DNA of 64,000 nt from the NCBI GenBank assembly GCA_010909165.1, contig MU008191.1, forward strand, positions 496,001 through 560,000. The letters are read 5' to 3'. Of the stretch, positions 24,963 to 36,569 are shown one piece after another. The stretch's first letter is position 1; each line of letters opens with the position of its first letter. The notes below the pieces were generated by a model. The model was given only the letters and a program-made list of their open reading frames with translations, had not been told where the DNA came from and did not search any database. Both the position numbers and the translations under genes were made by a program. The stretch comes from Anthoceros angustus (Eukaryota; Plantae; Anthocerotophyta).

Positions 24963-26387
24963 CTAACAACTTGATTGGCACATGATCCATGTTGCATAGC
25001 CCGTGCTTGTTACAACCATGGCACAACCGAGACACTGGTGAATTTTGCTGACTACCTCTTCTATGGTGGTGAGTGACCACTCTTGACATTGGAAGTCTGT
25101 CCGTAGAGAATGCAGTAGACTTACCCGCTTCCTTAAGCCGGATGAACCCTTCTTTGCAGGGGTCAATCTCGTCACATGGGTGCTAACGTCCTCAAACTCC
25201 GCTAGCAGGTCCTTCATCTCCTGTGGTAAGGCTGCCTCATCTTCCCTGGCTTGAGCAGCACGTGACTCTGCTGTTCCTTCTAAAGGGAGAACCTTTTTGA
25301 GACGTGCTACATACAGGAAATTGCCATGGGCAGTAGCTTTACTAAGAGCCGACACAACAAACAAGTGTTTGTCGGGGGCATATTTGTCCCCTTTCATCAC
25401 GTGTTGCTGCTGGTTGAGGTTCAGCCTAGCTACATTACTTGACCAGTCTATCTCCAATCCATTGGAGTGTTTGGCTAGCCAAGGTTTGCCAATGATCATG
25501 TCATGGCATAGGGTTGGCATCACTGAGAACTCCAAGACCTCTGTGTAACCACCGAGGAAGGCAACTTCTGCAGATGTACATTGCTCCTTGCCGGTGTCCC
25601 GCCCATCCAGGGCTGTTACCATAGTGGACAGATGTCTGGTGTCCTGTATGACTAACCCTGCTCTTTCTGCTGCAGCCAATGAGACATAGTGGTGACTAGC
25701 ACCAGAGTCTAGCAAACTAGTAGCTTTCTCTCCATTCAATCTCACTAACAACTTGATTGGCACATGATCCATGTTGCATAGCCCAGGCTTGTTACAACCA
25801 TGGCACAACTTCTGAGACACTGTCGGTGAATTTTGCGGCCCAGCTACCTCTTCTATGGTGACTGAGTGACCACTCTTGACATTGGAAGTCTGTCCGGTAG
25901 AGGTACGAGTAGACTTACCCGTTTCCTTAAGCCAGGCGATGAACTCCTTCCTATGTGGGCAATCCCGGGATCCGTGGTCTGTAGCCGTGCAGGTGAAACA
26001 CATGTGTTTCTCTTGGTATTTCTTTTTCTGCTCTTCTGTAAGAATCTTGAATACGGGCTTCTTTTCTACTGCACTGGCCACCTGACCCCATCTTGGCTTC
26101 GACGCTCCTACTGTGTTGAGATGCTTGTATTTATTGCTACCATAGTTGATAGCGGTTCTCATTGCATCAGCCAGGGTGTTTGGATCCGTTTGGTTCACGA
26201 CAGCCCGGAGATCATTCTTCAAGCCGTCAATGAACCGTTCGATCTTTTGCTCTTCGTCCAAGCGGGGCATGTCCAAGGTGAGTTCAAGAAATTTATCGCA
26301 ATAGTCTTGAACTGTTCCTAGTTGTTGTATCTTCCAGAACTGATGATAAAGCTCCCTTCGGTGGTTGACAGGGAGGAAGTTCTCCAA
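24963..26387 (-). pseudogene. gag C-terminus (retrotrans_gag, CCHC) and aspartic protease of copy 2
   Basis: QQLGTVQDYCDKF, RFIDGLK, CFTCTATDHGSRDC, LLDSGASHHYVS, DMIIGKPWL. Confidence 0.93.
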
Positions 26388-26804
26388 GAGGATCTGCCGG
26401 AAGGACGACCAGGAGTAGAAACACGCTATTCAGTGAAGGGGGTGAATATCCGAACCCCCTTCTGGTTGAACGAAACCTCCTTCACTAATAACACATGGTT
26501 CCCAAAACCGTGTTTTTTTGGATTTCCAGGTGTCCCATACCATGGACAATGATTCCTACAGTTGAATGCGCAGTTTGTGAAACAACAAAACCAGAAGGAA
26601 GGGTCAAGGGCGCTGGCTGGCCGGCGCCGTTAGTGGTCAAAAGTAGTTTGTTTTGTGCGATGATCCATTTCCACACTGACAAAAGGCCTAGTAATAACAC
26701 AACAGAACTAGGTATGGGTACGTACGCAAGCCGCTTGGAGACCATCCTGCTTTTAGGTTCCGCCAAAATTGACCACTAGCATAATAGTTCACAACTACAA
26801 ACGT

Positions 26805-29500
26805 CTACACGTCTGGGCTAACTTGTGACTCAACCGGTGCTTGCGCTGACATCGAATCATAAACTACAGCCAAGTTTCGTATCCGCTCAAGTTCTTCCTC
26901 ATCGAAAGTGTCGACTTCAACCAAAGCCCTCGAGTCCTCGTTCCCATCTGTCTCTTCATCATTAGCATCTGCCCCAGACTGCCAAACGTTATCCAGTGTT
27001 TGTTGGCCAGCCTCCAACAAATCGCCAGTCCTGGTCTTATTCCGGCGGGCACTCAAAGAAACCACTCGTGCTTTCAAGGAGTCCTTCTCGATGCAAACCT
27101 CCTTTGCCCGTAATCGCAAGTCCTCTCCGGTGGGCTTCAAAATTCAACTCCTCAAGCGCATCCGGGAGCACCTCAAATCCATGAATTCTTTGTGAAATAT
27201 AACTCGCACATCTCAAGTCAGCCTCGAGGGCGATACAATTCCTTCCTGTAAGTAACGCTGCCAATAAAGTTGTGCCGCTCCCAGAGCATGCATCCAGAAC
27301 CCAATCTCCCTCTTTGGAGAAGGTTGTAATAAGTCTCGTCATCAACCCTAGTGGTCTCGTAAGGGCGACCACCAACTTGTCATGTGACATGTAAACTTTT
27401 TTGACAATCGTGTCGTGAGCAATGACGACCTTCCATTGTTGAATGTTCCATGCATAGCATTTGGTAGCATTGCAATTCCCTTTGTGCTCCCATCCTTGGA
27501 CCCCATCCGATAGTTATGTATTCCATGCCTCAAATCCACCTGTCATTGTTCATGTTTGTCTTGTCCCATACGAACGACACCAAGCCCTTTCCCGCCTCCA
27601 CTTTCGCATTGATTCTCTAACGTATGTGCCTCCTCCACTCCATGCATCACAATCATCCTCATCATATCGCTAGTGGTCTTCTCAAAGAAAGCTTTGGAAG
27701 GCAGAATCCATCATTTGCTTATCCACCCTCTTGTCCATAGGTCCAATGTTAAAACCTCGGGGCACATCCATGACGAGGAGTGTGTACTGCCTTGCCCTGA
27801 GAAAACCACGCATATCTTGTACATCACGACTTTCGATTTGGTATTGTACCTGGCTCTCTGTTGATGGAACTGTGAAAACCTCAAGACCTTCCTCCAGGTC
27901 CTTGTCCGCTAATGCGCGCTGCTCGTCTTCAAGCCCTTTCCAATTGTTTATCTCGAAAATAAAATGCTGGAAGTCAGCTGGGAGTTTTGTCAGCACTTCG
28001 ATGTCTTTCAATTGCTGCCAGAAAACGCACGTTAGTCATTCTGTTGGGAGGCGCCGGCCGGCGCCTCCTTTTTCCGCGATTGGATTGAAGGCGCGGCGGC
28101 GCCTACAAACCCATATCTGAAGTGAGGCAAAGAAGCACTTTCATCAAACATATGCAGGACGGGGCGGAGGCGGGGCGCGGCCGGCATCACCCCGGCCCCG
28201 GTTCAATATGAAAAAAAACGATGCGACATACCTTTCCGGAGAAGGATGTTTGAATCGTGCTAGCATATTGTCCGTAGAATGTAAAGGATACTCCTCGCGC
28301 ACCTCTTCAAATGACGAGCCGAGATGCTTCACCATTGCTACTTGTATGATATGAAATTTTTCCAGTGTGATCTCTTCCTCCATCCTTGGATCTATCGCCT
28401 CATTAACACCTTCTCAGTGGCGCTTATCAGTATTTGCTGGCCACACTCTCCAAGTGGTATTCCCTGAAAAGATTTCCATGGCTTGGCCAACATGTCTCTA
28501 GGCTTGACGTACACACTATCAACCTGCTTGGGGTCATCCGCCAGCTTGCGCTTGCCTTTCCCTTTCTTGCTTGTCCCCGCAGGAACGTGTTTCTTCTGTT
28601 CTGGAAGCTCTCCTGCTTCCCATTTGGAAAAAATCTTGTCCACATTCTCCCACACCTTCCCATCCTGCTTAGCAATACACAGAATGTGGGTCCGATTGTC
28701 CACTTTGTTCTGCTTGTACACGTCGTCCTCCCGCCCTTCATCGTCTTCAATCAAACCTAGGACTTTGTACAGGTTGTATTTCCATGACATGGTCATTTGC
28801 ACTTCTTCCCTCTTTGCGATGATCAACTCGTCCCTTAAATACCTGACTTGCTCTACAAAGTTCATCTTCTTTCTTCTGTCGGACATCATATTGTGATATG
28901 TTGCAAGCACCCGCATCTCATGCACAGTAAGCCCACAGTACACATGTGCTTCAACATATTGGAACCGCTTCTTTCCGGGTGAGATATCTGATAAGTGCTT
29001 CATAGCTGCGTAGGTGTGGTTACCACCAAGAACTCCTATTCCTAAGGATGGGCAAGCCAGAGCAAGAGACATTTATAGAGTCCTTGGTTCAAGCGGAGGG
29101 AGGGGGATGTGAAAGGGGTAAAGTATGCACACACATTTTGGGGTCCATTCCGATGCGCTGCTGCTTGAAGGCATTTAGAAGAGTATATTGCATAGGGCTA
29201 TGATATGAGGGAAGCGAATCATTTCAATGCCCGTGGGATGGTTTCGTGCCTAACCCCAAACCACGGTCTTCTTATGCGCTGGAGCGATATCACGGATGGA
29301 TAAGACATTTCTAATGATGGTAGAAGCGGCAGAACGTGGAGGTCTTCAACCTTCCGCATATACCTAAACCTCCGGGATCCTCTATGTGAAAATATCCATG
29401 GTTCTTGAAGTTATGGAAAAGCAACTTCCCAAGAGTGAAAATACCAAAATCCAACGGGTTTTCCACGTGCTCACTCTGCGCAGTCAAGAGCACAATTAGG
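26805..29500 (-). CDS. Multi-exon ParB/Srx-like plus beta-class N4-C/N6-A DNA methyltransferase (PF01555-like) gene; frameshifted in this assembly, 5' end uncertain
   Basis: N-terminal part: IGVLGGNHTYAAMKHL...VEAHVYCGL (ParB/Srx-like GxH motif). C-terminal part: LLVMDVPRG (motif IV position), FVWDKTN, RPLGLMTRLITTFSKEGDWVLDACSGSGTTLLAALLTGRNCIALEAD (motifs X, I, II), in beta order. Intron signals: ag|gtatgt donor at ~28231, and GACTAAC branch point plus cag acceptor at ~28015. Confidence 0.8.
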
Positions 29501-31619
29501 AACATCCACAAATCCGATCAAGGTAATTGTTACCACTTTCGGCTGGTTGACATGCATGGGAACTTATGAAATGGTTTTCTTGAGTGGGGAATGGTTGTTT
29601 TGAACTCGAGGCTTTATGGGCAAGATCCCTATAACCGGTCTTCGATCTTTGTATGATGGGATGGGGTGCGCCGGTCGTCCCACATATGCAAAACCCTTGG
29701 GATGAAACCACGAGAGGCCATGTACATGTGGTGGGGCCGGCGGCCGGCATCACCCCGGCCCCGGTTCAATATGAAAAAAACTGATGGACATACCTTTCCG
29801 GAGAAGGATGTTTGAATCGTGCTAGCATATTGTCCGTAGAATGTAAAGGATACTCCTCGCGCACCTCTTCAAATGACGAGCCGAGATGCTTCACCATTGC
29901 TACTTGTATGATATGAAATTTTTCCAGTGTGATCTCTTCCTCCATCCCTTGGATCTATCGCCTCATTAACACCTTCTCGGTGGCGCTTATCGATTTGCCG
30001 GCCACACTCTCCAATCGGTATTCCACGAAAAGATTTCTGTGGCTTGGCCAACATGTCTCTAGGCTTGACGTACACACTATCAACTGCTTGGGTCATCCGC
30101 CAGCTTGCGCTTGCCTTTCCCTTTCTTGCTTGTCCCGCAGAACGTGTTTCTTCCGCTCGAAGCTCTCCTCCCATTTGGAAAAATCTTGTCCACATTCTCC
30201 CACACCTTCCCATCCCGCTTAGCAATACATGTAATGTGGGTCCGATTGTCCACTTTGTTCGCTTGTACACGCCCTCCCTTCATCGTCTTCAATCAAACCT
30301 AGGACTTTATGCAGTTGTATTTCCATGACATGGTCATTTGCACTTCTTCCCTCTTTGCGATGATCAACTCGTCCCTTAAATACGACTTGCTCTATAAAGT
30401 TCATCTTCTTTCTTCCGGACATCATATTGTGATATGTTGCAAGCACCGCATCTCATGCACAGAAGCCCACAAGACACATGTGCTTCAACATATTGGAACC
30501 GCTTCCGGGTGAGATATCCGATAAGTGCTTCATAGCGGGGTGTGGTTACCACCAAGAACTCCTATTCCTAAGGATGGGCAAGCGAGCAAGAGACATTTAT
30601 AGAGTCCTTGGTTCAAGCGAGGAGGGGATGTGAAAGGGGTAAAGTATGCACACACATTTTGGGGTCCATTCCGAGCCGCTTGAAGGCATTTAGAAGAGTA
30701 TATTGCATAGGGCACAACAGATATGAGGAATCAAGAGCGTAATCATTTCAATGCCCGTGGGATGGTTTCGAGCCTAACCCCAAACCACGCGGCGCGCTTG
30801 GAGCGATATCACGGATGGATAAGACATTTCTAATGATGGCCGCCGAACGTGGAGGTCTTCAACCTTCCGCATACGAAACCTCCGGGATCCTCTATGTGAA
30901 AATATCCATGGTTCTTGAAGTTATGGAAAAGCAACTTCCCAAGAGTGAAAATACCAAAATCCAACAGGTTTTCCACGTGCTCACTCACAGTCTCAAGAGC
31001 ACAATTAGGAACATCCACAAATCCGATCAAGGTAATTGTTACCACTGGTTGACACATGCATGGGAACTTATGGAAATGGTTTTCTTGAGTGGGGAATGGT
31101 TGTTTTGAACTCGAGGCTTTATGGGCAAGATCCCTATAACCGGGTCTTCTGATCTTTGTATGATGGGATGGTGACACGACGTCCACATATGCAAAACCCT
31201 TGGGATGAAACCAAGAGGCCAACATGTGGTGGGACGCCGGCCGGCCCCTGGAGGCCAAGAACCCTATGGTGCGTTAAGAGCCCACGGAGATGGGCGCCGG
31301 CCGGCGCCCACCTCAGTGCTCTTTAACGGGCACCATAGGGTTCCGTCGGCTGAGGGATACCAACTGGCCAACGCCCCACATGGCGAAGGACCATAGGGGT
31401 CACCCTACAATTTATACATGTGGTGGCCGGCGCCCCTCCATAACCAAAAGCCGAAGGCATGGATTGTGGTTGCTCGTAGTACGGCCAACGACAATTGTCT
31501 GCAAATGCGCTAGGACGGAACATGAAGGTTCTTCCTCCGTTGATTTGGGGCGGGACGTCGCCCAGGCAGTGTACTGTCCCAGCATAGGAGGGTCCTTCAT
31601 ATCTAACTGGATGTCTCTT

Positions 31620-34342
31620 CAAATGTACACAGTGTGTATGTTTTAAGCAGAAAAATATCAAGCGGCTTTAGATGCCCATCGTTTGCGGTTACATCGAGCG
31701 GTGAAGATGGCGAAACACGGAGCAAGAGTTATGTAGAACCACATATGTACCTTCTACTTTCAATCGATGGAATGGACCAAAAGAAGACGGAGATTCCCCA
31801 TCTACTTGATGGCCAAGAACTTGGATGAGGAGTGCCGTATTCGAGTTCATGTGGTTGGGTGCATGATCCACAATTACACGTTTAAGGCAAGAGCTTACTT
31901 GCATTATGCGAACTTGCGGAATGATGCCAATCTCACGATTACCATCATCCGGATGTTATTCATAACTACGAAGGAGTATTGCCGAAAGTGTTATATTTGC
32001 AATTGGACAACACTGCGGAGAACAAGAATCAATCTGTTTGCATATCTCAACATGCTCGTGGACATGGGGACGTTTGAAAAGGTGAAAGTGGGGTTTTGTT
32101 GGTGGGGCATACGCATGATCAAATCGACCAAATGTTTTCATGCTTTTCAAAAGCTTAAAACACAAGGAAGCTCACACTCTTCACCGCGAGATTTTGATTA
32201 GTGCGTACACTCCACCGGAGGTGAAGATATTGATCAAGTTCGGACTTCCGGTCATATGTTTGGCCCATAAGGCAAGGGAAGGTGGACACGCATACAAGGC
32301 GGCGGTCAAAATTAAACAACCTCTCTTTCGGCACCAATTCAAAATTACGAGAGAAGCCAAAGGTGACCGTGGGTTTTGTAATCGCCATCGAGCAAGATTC
32401 CACATCGCCTATTGGGAGGCAGGAGGGTTGGAGTTTTTGACATTCGTGCGTTGGACACAATAACGGCAGCCTTTAACCGCCCTCGGTCAAGGGATAGAAA
32501 AGGAAAGTTGGCGGACTTATCACCTCGGATGGTGTGGCTCATTTGAAGGAAGGTCTTTCGGCCCTTAGGCCTTATGTGACATCGGAGGAATACAAATGGT
32601 GGGAAGCTTTACGGGTGGACCAACAAGAGATTGTTATTGTTCAAAACAACATTGGGCTCGTCCTCCGGCATCCTTGGAAGTGGTATTCGAGGTCCAAGTA
32701 GAAATGTACCGACGAGTGTGTATGTTTTCAAAGAAAAATATCAAGCGGCTTTAGATGCCCATCGTTTGCGGTTACATCGAGCGGTGAAGATGGCGAAACA
32801 CGGGAGCAAGAGTTATGTAGAACCACATATGTACCTTCTACTTTCAATCGATGGAATGGACCAAAAGAAGACGGAGATTCCCCATCTACTTGATGGCCAA
32901 AGAACTTGGATGAGGAGTGCCGTATTCAGTTCATGTGGTTGGGTGCATGATCCACAATTACACGTTTAAGGCAAGAGCTTACTTGCATTATGCGAACTTA
33001 TGGAATGATGCCAATCTCGATTACCATCATCCGGATGTTATTCATAACTGAAGGAGTATTGCCGAAAGTGTTATATTTGCAATTGGACAACACTGCAGAG
33101 AACAAGAATCAAGCTGTTTGCATATCTCAACATGCTCGTGGACATGGGGACGTTTGAAAAGGTGAAAGTGGGGTTTTGTTGGTGGGGCATACGCATGATC
33201 AAATCGACCAAATGTTTTCATGCTTTTCAAAAGCTTAAAACACAAGGAAGCTCACACTCTTCTGCCGTCGAGATTTTGATTAGTGCGTACACTCCACCGA
33301 GGTGAAGATATTGATCAAGTTCGGACTTCGGTCATATGTTTGGCCCATAAGGCAAGGCAAGGTGGACACGCATACAAGGCGGCGGTCAAAATTAAACAAC
33401 CTCTCTTTCCAAAGACCAATTCAAAATTACGAGAGAAGCCAAAGGTGACCGTGGGTTTTGTAATCGCCATCGAGCAAGATTCCACATCAGCCTATTGGGA
33501 GACAGGCCGGGTTGGAGTTTTTGACATTCGTGCCGTTGGACACAATAACGGCTCCTTAACCGCCTCCCCAAGGGATAGAAAAGGAAAGTTGGACTTATCA
33601 CCTACGGATGGTGTGGCTCATTTGAAGGAAGGTCTTCGGCCCTTAGGCCTTATGTGACATCGGAGGAATACAAATGGTGGGAAGCTCGGGTGGACCAACA
33701 AGAGATTCTTATTGTTCAAAACAACATTGGGCTCGTCCTCCAAAGATCCTTGGAAGTGGTATTCGAGGTCCAAGTAGAAGTAACAGCCCAACCTCTGCGA
33801 CTTGATGATGAAGCTTTATTACGAGGCGTTGTTGAGGGACCTTCCACAACGAGATATGTATTTGGGATATACCAAAACTTGGAAAGACAACGAGGAGGGA
33901 ATGAGCGTTTGAATGGTGATGTGTTGGAAATAAATAAGGGCATGTTCATTGCGTTCCGGTACAGCGAGGACACGCTATGAGACCATTTTGGATTGGGAAG
34001 GTGATTGACGGTTTGTTTGATGACCCACGACCTCACTTACTTGTTCATGCAGTACGAGCACAGATGCGTTTGAGGGTAAATGCGTTGAAGAATACATAAT
34101 TGGGGATGCAGCCAAGCAACAAACCGGGAAAAGGGGTCGAAGGGTTGAACCTAAAAATATTCGAAGTTTATGTACAAAACCGTCATCTTGTATTATGGTT
34201 TCACCTTGAATTCTCGGAAACATCATGCGGTAGACAAGAAGGCAATCAAGGACAAGTGAATGAATTGCGGGCTTCATACAACCAGCAAGTCAAAGTGGCA
34301 CAGAGGATGAAGATGAAGATGGCGGTGATGATCACAACCTAA
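31620..34342 (+). CDS. Sola-like/DUF7869 DDD transposase (frameshifted; 31620-32700 duplicated at 32701-33780; N-terminus not located)
   Basis: KCTQC...AH, SIDGMDQKKT (D1), LYLQLDNTAENKN (D2), VGHTHDQIDQMFS (D3); C-terminal KGMFIAFR..RPFWIGKV. Confidence 0.85.
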
Positions 34343-34808
34343 CGAAGATGGCGTCAATTTAGAAGGAGAGTAGATTGCACTTGAATGTTAAAAGTGCGCA
34401 TAGGCGTAGCCTCATTTTCATTTTGAGAAGGAAACCGTGCAAGACACATTCGATCGTTCATTGTAGCCCATTCTCCTTGGGGAAAGTTTGAAACGACGAT
34501 ATTCTACAAGATGTTAGCCGATGGAAACTCCACGCTCCAATCGACGGTTTTAGTCCTAAAGCACTAGCGCAGTTCAGGGGACACCCTTTTGCCGCGCAAT
34601 TTGCACATTTAGAGCATGTGCACATTTAGGGCTTGCACGATGCCAGTCACTAATAATGCATCCATACCCAGCACTTTCCATTTTTCATCACGGCTAGTCA
34701 CATGACTATACATAGCATCCTGTCGGATGGTTGGTGACACACATCTGACCCTCTTGTCTCAAAATCGATTCCTCCAACCTACCAAGGGATAGGAGATGAC
34801 ATATCACT

Positions 34809-35030
34809 TTACGGGATTGTGGGAGGCGGTGCGGGCGGCTGGCGGCGCCACGCACGTTCCATGAATTCCATGTCGTACAGAAGGGATTCGTATGACCCAT
34901 ACCACCACCACCCCGCCTGGAAGCGTTCTCTGGGGGGAAACTTGAAATATGAGAGTTCTGACATTGGTTGGACCATGTTTTCCCGATTGTTTGCGGGGGC
35001 ATCGTCAAATGTACTCATCTTCACCGGCAT
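34809..35030 (-). CDS. Small hypothetical ORF near the right end of the DNA transposon
   Basis: 73-aa ATG-initiated ORF with non-random composition (RFQAGWWWYGSYESLLYD..., proline-rich tail); no recognised family. Confidence 0.25.
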   Translation of the reverse strand: MPVKMSTFDDAPANNRENMVQPMSELSYFKFPPRERFQAGWWWYGSYESLLYDMEFMERAWRRQPPAPPPTIP

Positions 35031-35271
35031 TCATGGCCCTCCATTTTGGGCTGTAAATGGGCTCTACAGTCGGCATAGGTGTAAACTACAACCATTGCTC
35101 CACATGTCACGCGCAAGCTGCTCATGCAGTGTTGGTGTTCACCCTTCTTTCGATCATCTTTTCCGGCTGGCGGTGAACAAGGGATTCAACACCCATCCAA
35201 AACCCCCTTCGGCAAATAAAGAGCAGAAAACCCTCATGCTGAATAATCACCCCCTTCACTAAATAGCATGT

Positions 35272-36501
35272 TTAGATTGGCTTCTCCATTCCGATCTCCA
35301 CCTGTCTCTCCCTCTTCCTCCAGCACATGTAGGCGTAGCCCTCCAAGGACATAACATAAAACTGGATTTTTTGAAGATCGTCCTTCTCCGTCGTATTCAG
35401 GTATTTGTCGAGCTTGTCCAACCAATCGTGTACAGCTTGTGCATCCTTTTCATTGCCGTTGAATGTGGTCGTCCTGATCTTATGCTGTAATTCTTTGTCC
35501 AGCTGTGTGCGAGGTTTGAAGAGCGCCTCGTCCCCTTGTGACTCAATTCGCTCCTGGTACGCCTTGCCCTTTTGTGCCTCCCAGTGCTCATAGCGGAGGA
35601 GTTGCAGGCGTCTCACCAGTGCCTTGATGTCTTGGTTATCACCTTCGCCAGGTAAGAGCTCGACTACCAACTTTCTAAGGTTCTCCTTCGACTCCGAGTC
35701 CCTTGCTGGTCCCGTCGGTACCTTCGACGCTTCCTTTTCTCCACTGCGCTGACTTTGTCCGTGGGTTTGTACAGACGCGTGTGTGCGGTAGGTGTGAGGC
35801 CGGATCGGGCGTGTTGGCGTTGGGGTTGTGGGGATCTGTGCTGGGAGCGGTGTGGGGATCGATCTGGGCATCAAGGCTTGGAGCACGCCACTCAGCTGGC
35901 GTTCCAACCGCGTCTACCCTTCTTCCCAGTCTCTACCCGGTTCAGCGACTCCTCCACAGCTAGCGTCCGGTGTCCCTGTGAAACCAGAGTTTCGGACACG
36001 CCCTCGCAGGCTCTCTCCAAGCTCGTGGTGTGCTCTTCCAATCGACAGCGGAGAGCCTCTTGCAGGTATGATGCTTCTGTGGCTTTGGTTTGCTGGATCA
36101 CGGGCACATGCTCGTGGAACGACTCGTCTGGCTGTAGGATTGCGGGGCCGTTCTTCTTCCTTGGCGGGCCGCGTTTGCGTGGGAGTGGCTTTGTTGCATA
36201 TTCAGCTGCGGCGTCCTGCGCCTCAAGGTCGCTGATGTCTTCAGGTAACCGTACTGCCGCCTCGGCCCGTGATTGTTGCCGCTGTGCCTGCTTGCGTCTT
36301 CTCCTGATTTGTGTCTCCGTATCTTCTGTAGGGACTAGTCCAAGAGTACGCACCTCGGTCAGCTTACCGCGATTGGACGAAGCAGGGTTCGGCCTACCTC
36401 TCTGGCGTACTTTGTAACCAATTCCATCCAACAGCGCTTCGTCTTCTGTGCTGCTGGAGACCCGTCTCTCCACCTCTTGTGGTGAGATGTGATCACTCAT
36501 G
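35272..36501 (-). pseudogene. gag N-terminal part of copy 2
   Basis: MSDHISPQEVERR...TTFNGNEKDAQAVHDWLDKLDKYL...SLEGYAYMCW. Colinear with copy 1 at 15390-16500 and joins 26415 across the transposon. Confidence 0.88.
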
Positions 36502-36555
36502 GTTGGTCGTGCCACAGGTTCCGACAGCAAGTACCGATTGCTTTCAGAATCGAAG

Positions 36556-36567
36556 GCTCTGATACCA
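36556..36567 (-). promoter_or_regulatory. Primer-binding site, tRNA-iMet
   Basis: Minus strand TGGTATCAGAGC, 2 nt inside the 5' LTR end. Confidence 0.95.
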
Positions 36568-36569
36568 AA

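Larger units (their letters stand above)
26420..35272. mobile_element. Sola-like (DUF7869-type DDD) DNA transposon carrying a ParB-like/DNA amino-methyltransferase gene
   Basis: TIRs AACACGCTATTCAGTGAAGGGGGTGAATAT (26420-26449) and, reverse-complemented, AACATGCTATTTAGTGAAGGGGGTGATTAT (35243-35272), 27/30 identical. TSD TAGA at 26416-26419 and 35273-35276. The empty site gagTAGAtcggcttctcc is present in copy 1 at ~14060 and ~15385. Confidence 0.9.

Noticed and set aside
26805-29500. Bacterial contamination or a restriction-modification operon as the source of the MTase
   Set aside because: The gene has spliceosomal intron signals and lies between TIRs with a TSD inside a plant retrotransposon; no restriction enzyme is seen.
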